Under the pieces are notes generated by a model. It was not told the DNA's origin. It saw nothing but the letters and a program-made list of their open reading frames with translations, and searched no databases. A stretch of DNA of 64,000 nt from Podarcis cretensis (Eukaryota): NCBI GenBank assembly GCA_951804945.1, contig OX638160.1, positions 46,004,001 through 46,068,000 on the forward strand, read 5' to 3'. The position numbers and the translations under genes were made by a program. How positions within the stretch are numbered: position 1 is the stretch's first letter; the number at the start of each line of letters is the position of its first letter. Below, piece by piece: positions 11,465-24,097 of this stretch.

Positions 11465-11607
11465 TAGAACTAACTTAGTTGGTCTTTAAGGTGCTACTGG
11501 AAGGAATTTTTTTATTTTGTTTTAAATAATGTTATTACCATAAATATATATTGCATGTATATATAAGCAAAAGAAAAAAAAGTCTTTCGAAATGTTACCT
11601 AATGGTA

Positions 11608-11822
11608 CAGTGGTACCTCAGGTTACAGATGCTTCAGGTTACAGACTCCGCTAACCCAGAAATAGTACCTCGGGTTAAGAACTTTGCTTCAGGATGAGAA
11701 CAGAAATTGTGCGGTGGCAGCTGGGGGACCCATTAGCTAAAGTGGTGCTTCAGGTTAAGAACAGCTTCAGGTTAAGAATGGACCTCCAGAACGAATTAAG
11801 TTCTTAACCCGAGGTACCACTG
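11608..11822 (+). mobile_element. Tc1/mariner-type MITE, family A (orientation 1)
   Basis: TA|CAGTGGTACCTC ... GAGGTACCACTG|TA with internal CTTCAGGTTA repeats. Confidence 0.9.
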
Positions 11823-12666
11823 TATATTAATTTGATTTATACAGCGTCTATCTCTGTTATGCTTAACCAAGGGAGAGAGGATAACAACTGATTCACTTAT
11901 GGCCTAGCCATTAATGCTGATGATGTAAAGTGCTAACAGCAGCACAGTTATCTTGGCCAAAGTTTGAATTGAGAAACATTAAAGATTTGCAGTGTACAAA
12001 GGATATTCCTATCTATTTTCGGAATTGGGTAAATGTGTTAACTTTGTATCAGTGCAATCCTTTGCTATGCTGCTTTAGATTGCAACCCCTGGGCATAAGC
12101 CCATATTGAAAATAGAGGGGTTTACAAACAAATTAATTTGCCATTAATATGGGATTGTGCTCCATGGCTTCAACTACAATTCATTGGGACTTACTTCAGA
12201 GTAGACACAAGATTTCATAGTATGGTACATTTAGGAAACTACTTTTTAATTTCACTAAATGAGATCTAGGGAGCAAAATGCACTATTAAATAACTTAAAC
12301 TGTAACTTTTCAATTCAACATTTTCATTAGATTAGACGGCTTGCCATATTTGATAGAAAAGTATATATATTTGGGTTTTTCTAATGCAGTCTTTACAGCT
12401 GTACTTTGTCAACCATGTGTCTATAATTGTAGCCTAACAAGCTATGTAGAAATACTGGAATATCCTTTCTTCAAGGCTGAAGGTGAAATGTTGCTTTTAC
12501 CAAAGGAAAAAAACTGGGGGAGGGGGGAAGCAAAAGAAAAGCAGATGATAGTGCTACCCAGTTGTTGATTTACAGTAAATTGTATACCCTTGAATGTTCA
12601 TTTCTTCTGCAGCACTCAACTATTTTATTCTTTTTTCCTTCCTTTGGTAAGCCAGTTATCCAAAAG

Positions 12667-12805
12667 ATGAAGATAAGCTGGTCAGCGTATGACACATTTG
12701 AGGCGAATTTCAAACCACTTGTGGTGGTTGAGCTTGCAAAAGACACCAAAGATGAAACGAAAGAATGGCTGACACAAAAGATAATAGAAAAGAAGAAAAA
12801 TGGAG
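12667..12805 (+). CDS. ANO10: Anoctamin-10 (TMEM16K) exon 2, start codon; exon begins at 12656
   Basis: [47 protein letters not shown] matches the ANO10 N-terminus; acceptor CCAG ends at 12655; donor GTTGGT at 12806; 139 nt. Confidence 0.93.
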
Positions 12806-13416
12806 GTTGGTACTCTTTACTTTTACGGAAATCTCTGTTTCTTAAGGTATGAAAATACAATTATACAAATACATTTTAAAACAGAACAAAAATAGAACAT
12901 GTATTATATATAGGTTATTTAAATATTTCTTATTGAAAAAGGATCTTATTCTGAGATTTTATTTATATAGATGAAAGTTGCATGGTTGAATATTATCTTG
13001 ATACTTCATATTCAATTGATTGACAAATAAACTCTCCTTTTTTGCTGAAATTGTGTGGTGAACATTTTCTTTAAGTCTCCTTTAATATGTGTGAGCCTAA
13101 TTAGCAAGGCTGCCATCCATATTTGCACGAAATCATCTGTTTCTAAAGGTTGTTTTCATGTAAGCATTCATTTACAAAGCTGCAAGTCTTATGTGCTAAG
13201 TCAACTCCAGATGCTCTTAGAAGAAATGGTTTCTCTAGGTCCATTTCAGTTGGGTTTTTGATTTTAGAACTGAGACTGCCAAAATAAAGACACTGTTCTT
13301 TCTCTTCAGCTGCTTTTTATCTCATTGACTGTAGCAACCTTGGATGCTGTTGAGGGTTCTATTCGCCAGTGCTATTTGTCATCTACATGAAAGCACTCGG
13401 CAAGGGCACCTAGATA

Positions 13417-13658
13417 CAGTTGTACCTCGGGTTAAGTACTTAATTCGTTCCGGAGGTCCGTTCTTAACCTGAAACTGTTCTTAACCTGAAGCACCACTTT
13501 AGCTAACGGGGCCTCCTGCTGCTGCTGCGCCGCCGGAGCACAATTTCTGTTCTCATCCTGAAGCAAAGTTCTTAACCTGAAGCACTATTTCTGGGTTAGC
13601 GGAGTCTGTAACCTGAAGCGTATGTAACCTGAAGCATATGTAACCCGAGGTACCACTG
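13417..13658 (-). mobile_element. MITE family A (orientation 2)
   Basis: Reverse complement of 11608-11822; TA on both sides. Confidence 0.9.
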
Positions 13659-14687
13659 TATTTCAACTAAGATGTTGCCAATCTGCAGTTGACACTCCGC
13701 TCTGTCTCTCCTTTTTATCGAATCCAGAAGAGGTAGGTAGGTATTTAAATCAGTGCTTGGCCGTGGTAATATACTGGATGAGGGCCAATAAACCCTGTAG
13801 CCCAAGAGGGTCTATTTATTGAGAGTTCATCAGGATTTGCTTGTACAAAAGTTATGCAGGGGTTAGATTGTATGCAGTCTTTATTGAGCATTCATCTGCT
13901 GTTTTTCAGCGGATTTGTTGCGCTAGGGAAACAGAGCACTTTAAATCCATTTTAAATTCTGGTCTCCCTCCTGAAAAATAGTGACAGCCTGGAGGTTTTG
14001 ATTTGATTTAAGATTTGTCTTTTGCTTTCCCAACAACAAACGTTGAGCTGAAAGAAACTCACAAAAGCATTAAAGCAACAACAAATGCTGCAACTATCAT
14101 ACCAAACACAGCATATAAATAAAACAAACAACAGTAACTGTTTCAGCAAAACAATTAATACAATTCAATGGTGTCATAGAAACTCATAATATTGCCAGTA
14201 TGCTTCCTAATCACATGGAACCTAAATCCAGAACAGCAAGAAATGGATTAGCTGTTCCATGTTGCTGCCCTTAGATTAGAAAAAAGAGAGTTATTTTTAA
14301 TGGATGACTCATTCAGCTGCTTGAGTGGGTTCAACCTGTTCTGGAGGGGATTGCATTCCCCCTGAAGCAGGGCTGGGGAACCTGTGTCTCCCAAATGTTG
14401 TTGGACTCCCAACCCCCATTTGAGACAGCCAGCATGGCCAATGATCAGGGGTGGTTAGAGCATCTGGAGGGTACATTTCCCGACCCCTGTGCTTGCAGCA
14501 TTATCTGCGGAAGCACAAGTGGCCTCTAGCTCATTGTCAATTTAGGCTGATTTACCAACCATGGCCTTTCCTGGACAGGTAGCCTTACAGCAATTATCCA
14601 TGCTCTCTTAACCTCTCTCTTGGGTTGTTTTTCTTTTCCTCATCAGCCAAGGGCTCCCTCGTCCTATTGCTTCTCTGTTTTTAACTA

Positions 14688-14921
14688 CAGTGGTACCTTG
14701 GGTTAAGTACTTAATTCGTTCCAGAGGTCCGTACTTAACCTGAAACTGTTCTTAACCTGAAGCACCACTTTAGCTAATGGGGCCTCCTGCTGCTGCTGCA
14801 CCGCCGGAGCCCAATTTCTGTTCTTATCCTGAAGCAAAGTTCTTAACCTGAAGCACTATTTCTGGAGTGTTTAACCTGAAGCATATGTAACCTGAAGCAT
14901 ATGTAACCCGAGGTACCACTG
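14688..14921 (-). mobile_element. MITE family A (orientation 2)
   Basis: TA|CAGTGGTACCT ... AGGTACCACTG|TA; close match to 13417-13658. Confidence 0.9.
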
Positions 14922-14944
14922 TACATCCATCTTACATGGTTTTT

Positions 14945-15580
14945 CTTTTTTTGTATATAATTTGTATTAGATTTTCTGTTTTACAATTTGAAATACTCCT
15001 TTTACATCCTTAAGATATCAGTGACTTCCCTTCTTTTCTTTCCATGGTTCATTTTACATATCATAAATCCCTGCATATTTTACAAAAACTATATCATTCA
15101 GTATTCCATTATTGCATCCATAAAAACTTATTTACACTGTTGAATTTATCTTAATGCTGCCAGCGTTTTCTGCTGTACACAATTATTTCCCATATATTCA
15201 ATAAACGTTTTCCAATCTTCTTTAAACATATGTTCTTCTTGTTCTCTTATTCTATATGTTAAGTCTGCAAGTTGTGCATATTCTGCCAACTTAAGTCGCC
15301 ATTCTGCTTTGGTTGGGACCTCGCTCATTTTCCATTTTTGGGCTAACAAAACACGGGCTGCAGTGGTAGCATACATAAATAACCTTTTCCGACACATGGG
15401 AATTTCAGTCTGAATTATCCCCAACAGAAAGGACTCTGGATTTTTTGGGAAAAGTACTTTTAAATTATTTGGGAAAGTATTCCCCCCCCCCAAATTCATT
15501 ATGGAACATTTCCCAATACTCTTTTACGCTTTTACAAGTCCACCACATATGAAAGAATGATCCCTCCACCTCTTTTCACT
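14945..15580 (-). mobile_element. 5'-truncated L1-clade LINE
   Basis: ORF2 C-terminus (PESFLLG...YATTAARVLLAQKWK) homologous to 8219-8868, with a frameshift near 15490; T-rich end. Confidence 0.85.
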
Positions 15581-15977
15581 TAAGTGGCTTTTCTTAAAAC
15601 ACACACAAACCATAAGCATCATTGAGATTCTTATATGCAAGGTGTGTACTTGTTCCTTAGTTGTTGCTCACAAGCAGAGGCTTGTGCTCCACTTGCCTTT
15701 TAAATCTATCAAACTCTGGCCACAATCCAGCCAAACTTTAGTATTTTAAAATCTTAATGATTTGATGGTTGGATATTTAAGTATGTCCTTACTACTGAAT
15801 GTTCTGCTTTATTATCTTGATAACACAAACTTGTTCTAAGGAATCATTTCTATATAACCCTTTAGATGCTGTGCCTCTTAAACTCAGCCTGAGCAATGCA
15901 TGAGTCCAATTCATTAGGTATTTAAAATATCTTATATTAAAATTACATTCCGTTTAATTCCTTGCCTTATTTTGAAG

Positions 15978-16172
15978 GAGCCCAGCTTTTGGTGAAACCC
16001 TTGATGGCAGATGGGAAGAAAATAGAAGGGAACCAGAATATTTATCTTGTTGGAGCGTCTCACTTGAGGCTGCTTCTGGGAGCTGAAACGGTGGGGTTGG
16101 TGAAAGAATGTAACGATAACACAATGAGAGCCTTTACATATACCGCTAGAAAAACCTTCAAAGATTTTGCAG
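15978..16172 (+). CDS. ANO10: ANO10 exon 3
   Basis: GAQLLVKPL...[24 protein letters not shown]...; AAG acceptor, GTAAAT donor; 195 nt, phase 1-1. Confidence 0.95.
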
Positions 16173-16713
16173 GTAAATCAAACTGTTTTTAGAATTGTTT
16201 CCAACATAATTGCATGTTTTTGCTTTTTAGGGCATAAAAGCTATTTAAACTGAACATTGAACTTTCACCTCTCCGTCATGAAAATATATGCATTTCTGAG
16301 TTTTGAAATGTGATCTTGCTTTTCTACATTATGTGGAAATTGGTTAGCTTAATTTTCATGTCATTACTATAAAACCTGTTGAATTTTAAAATTTGACTAT
16401 TAAGCAACTTTTTAAAAAAATAGATTCCAGTGTTTTTTAATAAATGGATCTGAACAAGTAGCTATCCATTGTAGGGGGCTGGAGGTTTGACACTGTAATA
16501 CAAACTTCTTTGAGAGTAAGTTTCATTGAACTCAGTGAACTTTTCTTCTAATTTGACATTTATAGGATTGCATTTTCGTGTCTTGGTTAGTTATTTCCTT
16601 AAGAGACCTCTTGCTTTGGTGACATACTGTGCCTCCCAGATAATTGCTTCCTCTAGGAATTTTGCAAGATAAGAGAACACATGTTCAACCATATCAACTC
16701 TTTTCTGATTTAG

Positions 16714-16848
16714 AGGACAATCATGATTTCCTTACAATGGCAGAGTGTCAGTACATCATCAAACATGAACTTGAAAACCTGAGAGCCAAAGATGAAAAAA
16801 TGATCCCGGGTTATCCTCAGGCAAAGCTTTATCCGGGAAAGTCAATTA
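16714..16848 (+). CDS. ANO10: ANO10 exon 4
   Basis: [45 protein letters not shown]; TAG acceptor, GTGAGT donor; 135 nt. Confidence 0.96.
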
Positions 16849-17442
16849 GTGAGTAACTTTGCACTGAAGTTGTTAATTACATAAGCTCTGATATTGGGGA
16901 AAAATGGATGTGAAACCATAATTTTCGTTAGCTTTGGGAGAAAACTTAGGTATTGCAAGTTGGCATGTGCAGTTTGCCACAGCTTCTGCTTACATTAATT
17001 TTATATAACTAATTCCTATTATTCCTTGATGGAACAACCTAAAAGAAGTCTAGACATGCCTAGCAGCTTAACTTCCTTAACATATTTTGATTGGTCCTTC
17101 TGTAGCAGGTAGGTTTTAGGTTTTATTTATTCTGCACTTAGGAGCTGCTTGCTCCCATCACTCTATATGTATATCTATAGGCAACAAGTCTATTTCATAA
17201 TATTTGGCACTTGCAAAAGTGCAGACATGTAGGAATATTGTATCCAAATCGAATTCCATTATTTATGTAATGTTTCTAGAGCTTAGAGCTGTGAACATGA
17301 TTTGATAGAAATTTAGAATTGAGCTCGTGGATCTGCCCTGGAAAAAGTAAGTCTGATACTTAAGTGGATTTATTATCAAATTACATGCCTGCGTAGGCTT
17401 TCTGGAACAAAAAAATTTGTAAGAGTTGCCAAAAACTCTACA

Positions 17443-17659
17443 CAGTTGTACCTTGGATCCTGAACACCTTGCAAGTCAAACGTTTGACTCCAGAACTGAA
17501 CGTTCTTTGGAACCCGAATGTCTGACGTGGCTTCCATGTCTTCTGATTGGCTGCAGGAGCTTCCTGCAACCAATGTGAAGCCGTGCCTTGGTTTCTGAAC
17601 ATTTTGGAAGTTGAACAAACTAATGCAATGGATTCTGTTTGACTTCCAAGGTACCACTG
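17443..17659. mobile_element. Tc1/mariner-type MITE, family C
   Basis: CAGTTGTACCTTGG ... CCAAGGTACCACTG|TA; similar to 20384-20634. Confidence 0.8.
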
Positions 17660-17905
17660 TATTGTATAACCTATGTAATTGTTGTTGTTTTGTTGTTGTT
17701 TTATTTATACCCTGCCCACCTGGCTCTCTGTGTGGGAATACGATACCAGTACTAGAATGTATAATAAAAAATATAGATTGAAAATGTTATTCAGAGAATC
17801 ATTTAGTGTGGTCTGGATAAGATAAGTCAGATGAAGCATATTTATTGTGCTACATAAACCATTCCAGAATTAAGACACTGTCCCTCATTTCTTTTTTTCT
17901 TTCAG

Positions 17906-18025
17906 TGCGAAGGCTAATATCCAATGGTATTCTACTTCAGATTTTTCCACTTCATGACCCAGAAGAACTAAAGAAACTTGGACATACCTGGTACAAAAAA
18001 CTGAAAATTAGCTACCAGCCTTTAG
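17906..18025 (+). CDS. ANO10: ANO10 exon 5
   Basis: RRLISNGILLQIFPLHDPEELKKLGHTWY...YQPL (FPLHD anoctamin motif); CAG acceptor, GTAAGA donor; 120 nt. Confidence 0.96.
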
Positions 18026-20383
18026 GTAAGATAGCCTTACAATCTTGCCTTCTTCTGGTATGAACTGTGCGATTATATTGGGGCCCCATTACTTATAAGG
18101 CTATGTACATCAGCCTTTGATGTGAGATACAGATTCAAGATCACAGCATACCAGAACTGTGTCAGCAACAAACAGATTGAGAAAGTTCACCAACAAATAG
18201 TCTGTGAAGGTACAGAAAAGTAAGTTAGGTCACGTGTTGAAGGGGACCGGGAAGCAAAACCAAAGGACACTAGCCAATCTGTCCTGGAGGAAAATTCCCT
18301 CTGTTTAAAGAGGTTTAGACACCATGACAAACTTGCCTCCCTGCAGCACCACAGGAGCTCACCAAGTGAAATGGCACAGTCCTTGTTCACATTAAGCCAG
18401 AGTTTATTTTTAACCATGGTTTAAAACACCAGGGCTTCGTCACAATGTACTGGATTCTTACTTTGTTCCAAAAGCTTTTATGTCTGGACTTCCTAAAGCG
18501 GCTACCCTTGGAGCACAAAGAAAGCTCAGTAGCGCAAACTTCCACATTGTTCCACAAGTAACTGGAGCGCTTAAAATCAGGCAACAGTTAGAAGGATCCA
18601 ACGGTACTGGCAAAAGCCAGAACTGCTTCTACAGTAAGCTGACTGGGGGAAACCATTGTTTCATAAGAATTTGTCAGCTGCAAAGACAAGCCCATGCCAA
18701 AACGCAACAGAAGGAAACATAAGGTGATGAGTTAACATGCCATATTTTTGAAGGATGGCTCAGTATTATTTTCCCAGCAGCCAGCTCTCACACAATACAA
18801 TCTAATGCATGTTTACGTGGAATTAAGTTGTTCCATGTTCAATTGAGTTTACTCCCAGGTAAGTGGGAAAATAAGTGCAGCCTAACTCAACTTACTATGG
18901 TTGACAAGGAGTGTCACAAACTACACTGTACATTCAGCACTTAACCTTCTTAAAGCTGTTAACAACTCTCCCCAAACTAACAGACATTAATACTTTTCCT
19001 ATCCTTATTCTACGCAAGAGCAAATTTCACAAGAAAAAGTCAAAATAAAATAGAGGCTCATATACAAAGCACTAAGATACCAGTACATGCTTAAGACTAG
19101 AGACATTAATGCTAATGGAGTGCTTTAAATTAGCAATCCCATTTGACTCATTTCAAACTTACAAGTATTAAAAATGTGATAGCACCATTGGGTTTAAGCC
19201 CTTTGTGGAGTGACCAACGTGTTCAGCTGCTTTAGAAGCTATACATTTAATTGGCAGAAAATTGTTCTTCTGATGCCACTGGAAGAGTAGACAATCACAC
19301 ACACTAAAACTCACAGAAAAGGAGTGATGCAGCCACCTGAAGGAGGCGTTTTTCAAGGTGGTAGCTCATGTTCTGCTGCAAATTTTGATATTTCTGCAGT
19401 AGCTACCATAATTTATAAACAAATATTTTGGTATCTTTATACATATGGAAGAGGTAAAAGGACCAGGAACTTGTCTATTTAGTGTCACTGAATCTAAAAC
19501 AGCAAACTAGTGATATTGCCTCAGATTTTACCCGTATTTTAAATAAGTCACTTCAGACTTGCTCTCTTCACTTCAGCTATTCACGTTAGATTTTGCTCTC
19601 TGTGTTACCCCAATCCACCTACTCTTGCTTTTAGTCAAACTGTCACTCTGAAACAACATGATCAAATGACTCTAGCAAAGAAAATGCTGATAATTGCACT
19701 TCGTAACCCACACCTTTCACCACAGGAAAACATCCATTAGGAAACTAAACAACTAATTCCCTTCTCCCCACTGCAACCTTTAAAGAGCATCCATCCCCAT
19801 GTAAAAAACCAAAAAACAAACCACCAACCATTTCCCTCTGATCTGTATGGTTATTACCCTGCTCTGTCATGGGATTTAGTTTGTCTTATCCTGAGCTTGA
19901 GCTAATATAAATGGGCATTTCACATTGACAGACTAACAATGGAATCCCAACCAAGTCTAGTCAAAAGTACATCTTACTGAATTCAGCAGGGCTTATGCCT
20001 AGGAAAGTGGAGTTAGAATTGTAGTTCATGTGATTTATGTGTGCTTTTTAAAATTACTGAGCAATGGGAGACTGCCTGAAATTGTCTGCACCTGGGAGCA
20101 GTTGCATACAACTAGATAAATGTGCATTTACTTGCCACATGGATCAGGTGTGGAAATATATCCTTTCAGCAGTTGGAAACGGCCTGGAGAAAACTGCCTA
20201 GTAGTGCCTGATTCATGTAGTGAGCCAGATGATTTTGGAAAGTGGTCCTAATTTACACTTATCCCTGCGCTTGCAAAGCAACAGCTTAAACTCTGGTATT
20301 GCTCTATTTTTGAGGAAAATGAGGTACAAATGATTAAGTACCCCATACACTACATAAGGCACTTGATGCTTCAGAATGTAATA

Positions 20384-20634
20384 CAGTGGTACCTTGGTTC
20401 CCAAATGGCTTGGCTCCCGAGCAAATTGGTTCCTGAATGCCACAAACCTGGAAGTAAGTGTTCCGGTTTGCGAACGTTTTTTGGAAGCCGAATGTCTGAC
20501 GTGGCTTCCACAGCTACCGCTTGAGTGCAGGAAGCTCCTGCAGCCAATTGGAAGCCGCGCCTTGGTTTTGGAACGGTTTCAGGAGTTGAATGGACTCCTA
20601 GAACAGATTAAGTTTGAGAACCAAGGTACCACTG
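20384..20634. mobile_element. Tc1/mariner-type MITE, family C
   Basis: TA|CAGTGGTACCTTGGTTC ... GAACCAAGGTACCACTG|TA. Confidence 0.88.
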
Positions 20635-20731
20635 TAACCCTTTTTATTTTTTAAAATGCCCAACATCTAATGTAAGCCTGTCAAATTTTGTGTGTATGAT
20701 ACTTACATTTATTCTCTTTGTTTTCCCACAG

Positions 20732-21301
20732 ATGAAATTCGCTGCTATTTTGGCGAAACCATTGCTTTCTATTTTGCCTTTTTGGAGTATATCACATTTG
20801 CTTTGGTTCCAATGGCTATCATTGGGATTCCTTATTATATCTTTGATTGGGAAGATTATGACAAGTATGTGCTGTTTGCAGGATTCAACCTGGTTTGGTC
20901 TGCTATTCTCCTTGAACTCTGGAAGCGGTGTTGTGCTCTAATGGCCTACAGGTGGGGGACACTTGTGATGAAGCGACAGTTTGAGGAGCCCAGGCCAGGG
21001 TTTCATGGAGTTTTAGGCATTAATCCCGTGACTGGGAGAGAGGAGCCGGTATACTCTAGCTTCAAAAGACAGTTACGAATTTATTTGGTCTCCTTACCAT
21101 TTGTGTGCCTTTGCCTCTACTTCTCACTTTATGTCATGATGGTTTACTTTGAATTGGAATACCAGGCGCATTTATATCATGAAGAGAACCAATCTGAATT
21201 AAGCAGCTTAATATTGTATGTGCCCAGCATAATTTATGCTGTTGTGATTGAAGTTCTGAACCGCATCTATAGATACGCTGCAGAGTTCTTAACCTCATGG
21301 G
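20732..21301 (+). CDS. ANO10: ANO10 exon 6 (first transmembrane segments)
   Basis: [18 protein letters not shown]...LELWKR...EEPRPGFHG...AEFLTSW; CAG acceptor, GTAAGA donor; 570 nt. Confidence 0.97.
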
Positions 21302-22445
21302 GTAAGATTTCTCTCTTATTCTCTTATGTTGAATCATGTTCTAAGATATTGTCGATTCAATGATCATGTGATTGTTTGGCTGTTATGAAAGAACCTCTTT
21401 ATTATGTGAGCTATAATACCTATCACTGTGAAGGAAGCTTATAGCAAAAAGGTTGCACTAGAAACAATTTAGAGAAATTTGTTTGTGCCAGATAAGATGC
21501 CTATAGATGTGTGATATAGATAACATTTTTGTTCAGTCATGTTGGCCCCTCAAGAATCCCCTCCCCTCCCACTCCCACTTTTAGAAACATTAAAGCCAAT
21601 ACAGATTCTGAAATAATCTGTGGGCCGCATTTTAAACAATTAACAGTGAAATCATATATATATGTCTACTTAAAAGTAGGCTCTGTTTAGTTCAGTGACA
21701 CTTATTCCCACCACCATCCTAATACAAGTGTGTGTATAAATTAGTGGAGACTGAAGGTTTTTTTTTCCTAGTTGGGGTTAGTGACCTGAACACAGAAAAC
21801 AAAAACTCAGCCTATTCTCTCATCTTGGGGTGGAATGAAGCCAGAACTATGTGATCTGAGGGCTCCATACACTCTTCTCCTAAAATACATTTTATAAGGA
21901 CAAACTGGCAGCTGTTGTATATTTGTAGGAAGAAAATTGTTTGAATTGTGCTTAACACAGGAGAGCGCCCTGATTGAATGCTTGCAAAAGTGCAAGGAAG
22001 ACGCCGTTTGTTCGTCTCATGCGCTGCAATCTGACAATAGGGGTTTCCATGACTGTGCAAAACAGGTAGAGCTGATTGCTAGACCATGGACAGGAGCAAT
22101 CCAGTATCACCTGAGCTCTGCAAGTGCGGCCTTCTCCCGACAGAAGGGCAGAGTGCTTGAGGACCGGGAAACCAACATGCTTGTTCCAAAGCTATTGTAC
22201 TACCAGTCTTACTGTATGCTTGTGAAACATGGACCAGTTATAAATGCTGTCTCCAACTCCTCAAAAGATTCCATCAACAGTGTCTCTGAAAAATGTTACT
22301 TATGACTCGGGAAGTCAGGCGAACTAATTTCAGTGTACTGGACGAAGCAAAGATCACCAGTGCCAAAGCAATGATTCTTCAACATCAACTTCGTTGGATT
22401 GGTCATGTTGTGCGGATGCCAGATTATCGTCTTCCAAAGCAACTA

Positions 22446-22699
22446 CAGTAGAACCTCTACTTACGACCGCCTCTACTTGGGCCTGATCCAAGTCGCGACC
22501 ACGGAAAACCCAGAAGTACTGTAAATACCGGGTTTGCTGCAATTCGCGCACACGCAGAAGCGGCTTCTGCTGTTTGCACATGTGCAGAAGTGGCTGCCAC
22601 CGTCTGCACATGCACACAATGGCGCTTCTACCAGCGACCTGTTTTGTCTAAAGGATAGGCCGCCGGAATGGATTATGGTGCTAAGTAGAGGTTCCACTG
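22446..22699. mobile_element. Tc1/mariner-type MITE, family D, nested in RTE
   Basis: TA|CAGTAGAACCTCTACTTA ... TAAGTAGAGGTTCCACTG|TA. Confidence 0.88.
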
Positions 22700-22796
22700 T
22701 AATCTATTTCGAACTTAAAAATGGAAAGCGTAATGCTGGTGGTCAACAAAAGAGTTTTAAAGACTCTCTCAAGGCAAATCTAAAGAAAATGTAGTA

Positions 22797-23038
22797 CAGT
22801 GGTACCTCGGGTTAAGTACGTAATTCGTTCCGGAGGTCCATACTTAACCTGAAACTGTTCTTAACCTGAAGCACCACTTTAGCTAATGGGGCCTCCTGCT
22901 GCTGCCGCGCCACCGGAGCACGATTTCTGTTCTCATCCTGAAGCAAAGTTCTTAACCTGAAGCACTATTTCTGGGTTAGCGGAGTCTGTAACCTGAAGCG
23001 TATGTAACCTGAAGCGTATGTAACCCGAGGTACCACTG
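22797..23038 (-). mobile_element. MITE family A (orientation 2), nested in RTE
   Basis: Perfect CAGTGGTACCTCGGGTTA TIRs, TA flanks. Confidence 0.9.
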
Positions 23039-23493
23039 TATAAACATAGACAACTGGGAAACACTGGCCTGCGAGCGCTCCAATTGGAAAACAGCCTTTA
23101 CACTGTTTCCACTCAAAACCGGAGAGGTTAGCCTTCTTTTCCTAAGCGCCTGATTATCTGGACTGGTGCCTGTCAGTCACCATGCTTCCCTAGGCAAGGG
23201 ATGCATTAAAACCCTCCGCCAGCAAGACTTATCAGCTGCAGGTCACCCCGGCGACATGTCTTGCCTGTGTGCGGCTCCTGGTCTTGAAACTTTAAAGCTT
23301 CAAAAGTAGGAAAAAAAGATCCAGAGACAAGTTTACTCGTTTTTGTTTTTTGAGCAGATGTTTTGCAGAGCCAAAGTGCGCCTCCACGTCGAGAGGTGAA
23401 ATGGAAAACCGCTGTCAATCGAGACAAAAAAAATTCCCCCAAAGCAAACCCAGAAAGTGTTGAGCCAGTAGAAATGCTGAAATGAACACTGCT

Positions 23494-24097
23494 GATATCC
23501 ATTTCGGGGAACCGCAGAGGAAGAGGGAGAAGCCTTGTCAGCAGTGCTGGGAAGAGGGGAGAGACTTCCCAGAATCCTCTGCAACCTGGCCTTATCCTAC
23601 AAAGCTGTCCTTTGCCATCCTTACCTGGTCTTACCTCCTCTTCTGTCTGCCACCTACCTCCTTGAGGTCTCCTAAGTCGCATAAGGTGTTGCTCTAGTAA
23701 ACTTGGTGGTCTAAGTTCAGCTGGCTGTCCGAGCCAGTGTCTCTCTGGGGGGCAAGGGGTTTATTCCCATTTGTGGTCCTCCTGCACACAACTTCAGAGT
23801 CGCCGATATCCATTTCAGGGGAACTTCGTAGGCAGAGGAAGAAGACCTGTCAGCAGCACTGGAAAGAGGAGAGAGACTTCCCAGAATTCTCTGCAACCTG
23901 GCCTGACCCTGCAAGGCTCTCTTTGGCCACTCTGTCTGCTACGTACCACATCCGTGAGGTTTCCAGAGTCCCCCAAGGAGTCATTCTCCTAACCTTCATT
24001 GTCTACACTCAGGGAGCTGTCCGAGCCAGCATCCATTTCGGGGAACTGCGGAGGAAGAGGTAGAAGCCCTGTAAGCAGCAGTGAGAAGAGGGGACAG
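23494..24097. repeat. Three degenerate direct repeats
   Basis: ATCCATTTC.GGG.AAC...GAGGAAGA..AG..CTGT.AGCAG recurs at ~23494, ~23805 and ~24031; GCTGTCCGAGCCAG recurs at ~23725 and ~24016. Confidence 0.8.

Larger units (their letters stand above)
11215..11520. mobile_element. Penelope-like element remnant with inverted pseudo-LTR
   Basis: ~93-bp near-perfect inverted arms (11254-11346 and 11430-11523), 13-bp TSD TTTAAATAATGTT (11202-11214 and 11521-11533), hammerhead motif in each arm. Confidence 0.85.
22000..23100 (+). mobile_element. Decayed RTE-clade LINE fragment carrying two MITE insertions
   Basis: Frameshifted translation gives LLYACETWT...FHQ.CL...HQLRWIGHVVRMPDYRLPKQL..ELKNGKRNAGGQQKSFKDSLKANLK, typical of an RTE ORF C-terminus. 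Confidence 0.85.

Noticed and set aside
11608-11822. Short internal repeats in MITEs, superficially CRISPR-like
   Set aside because: Eukaryotic DNA; repeats are irregular motifs inside TIR-bounded elements with no unique spacers or cas genes.
15975-15980. AAG-GAG tandem (NAGNAG) acceptor at exon 3
   Set aside because: Distal GAG is the weakest acceptor type and would remove only one Gly; no evidence of use.
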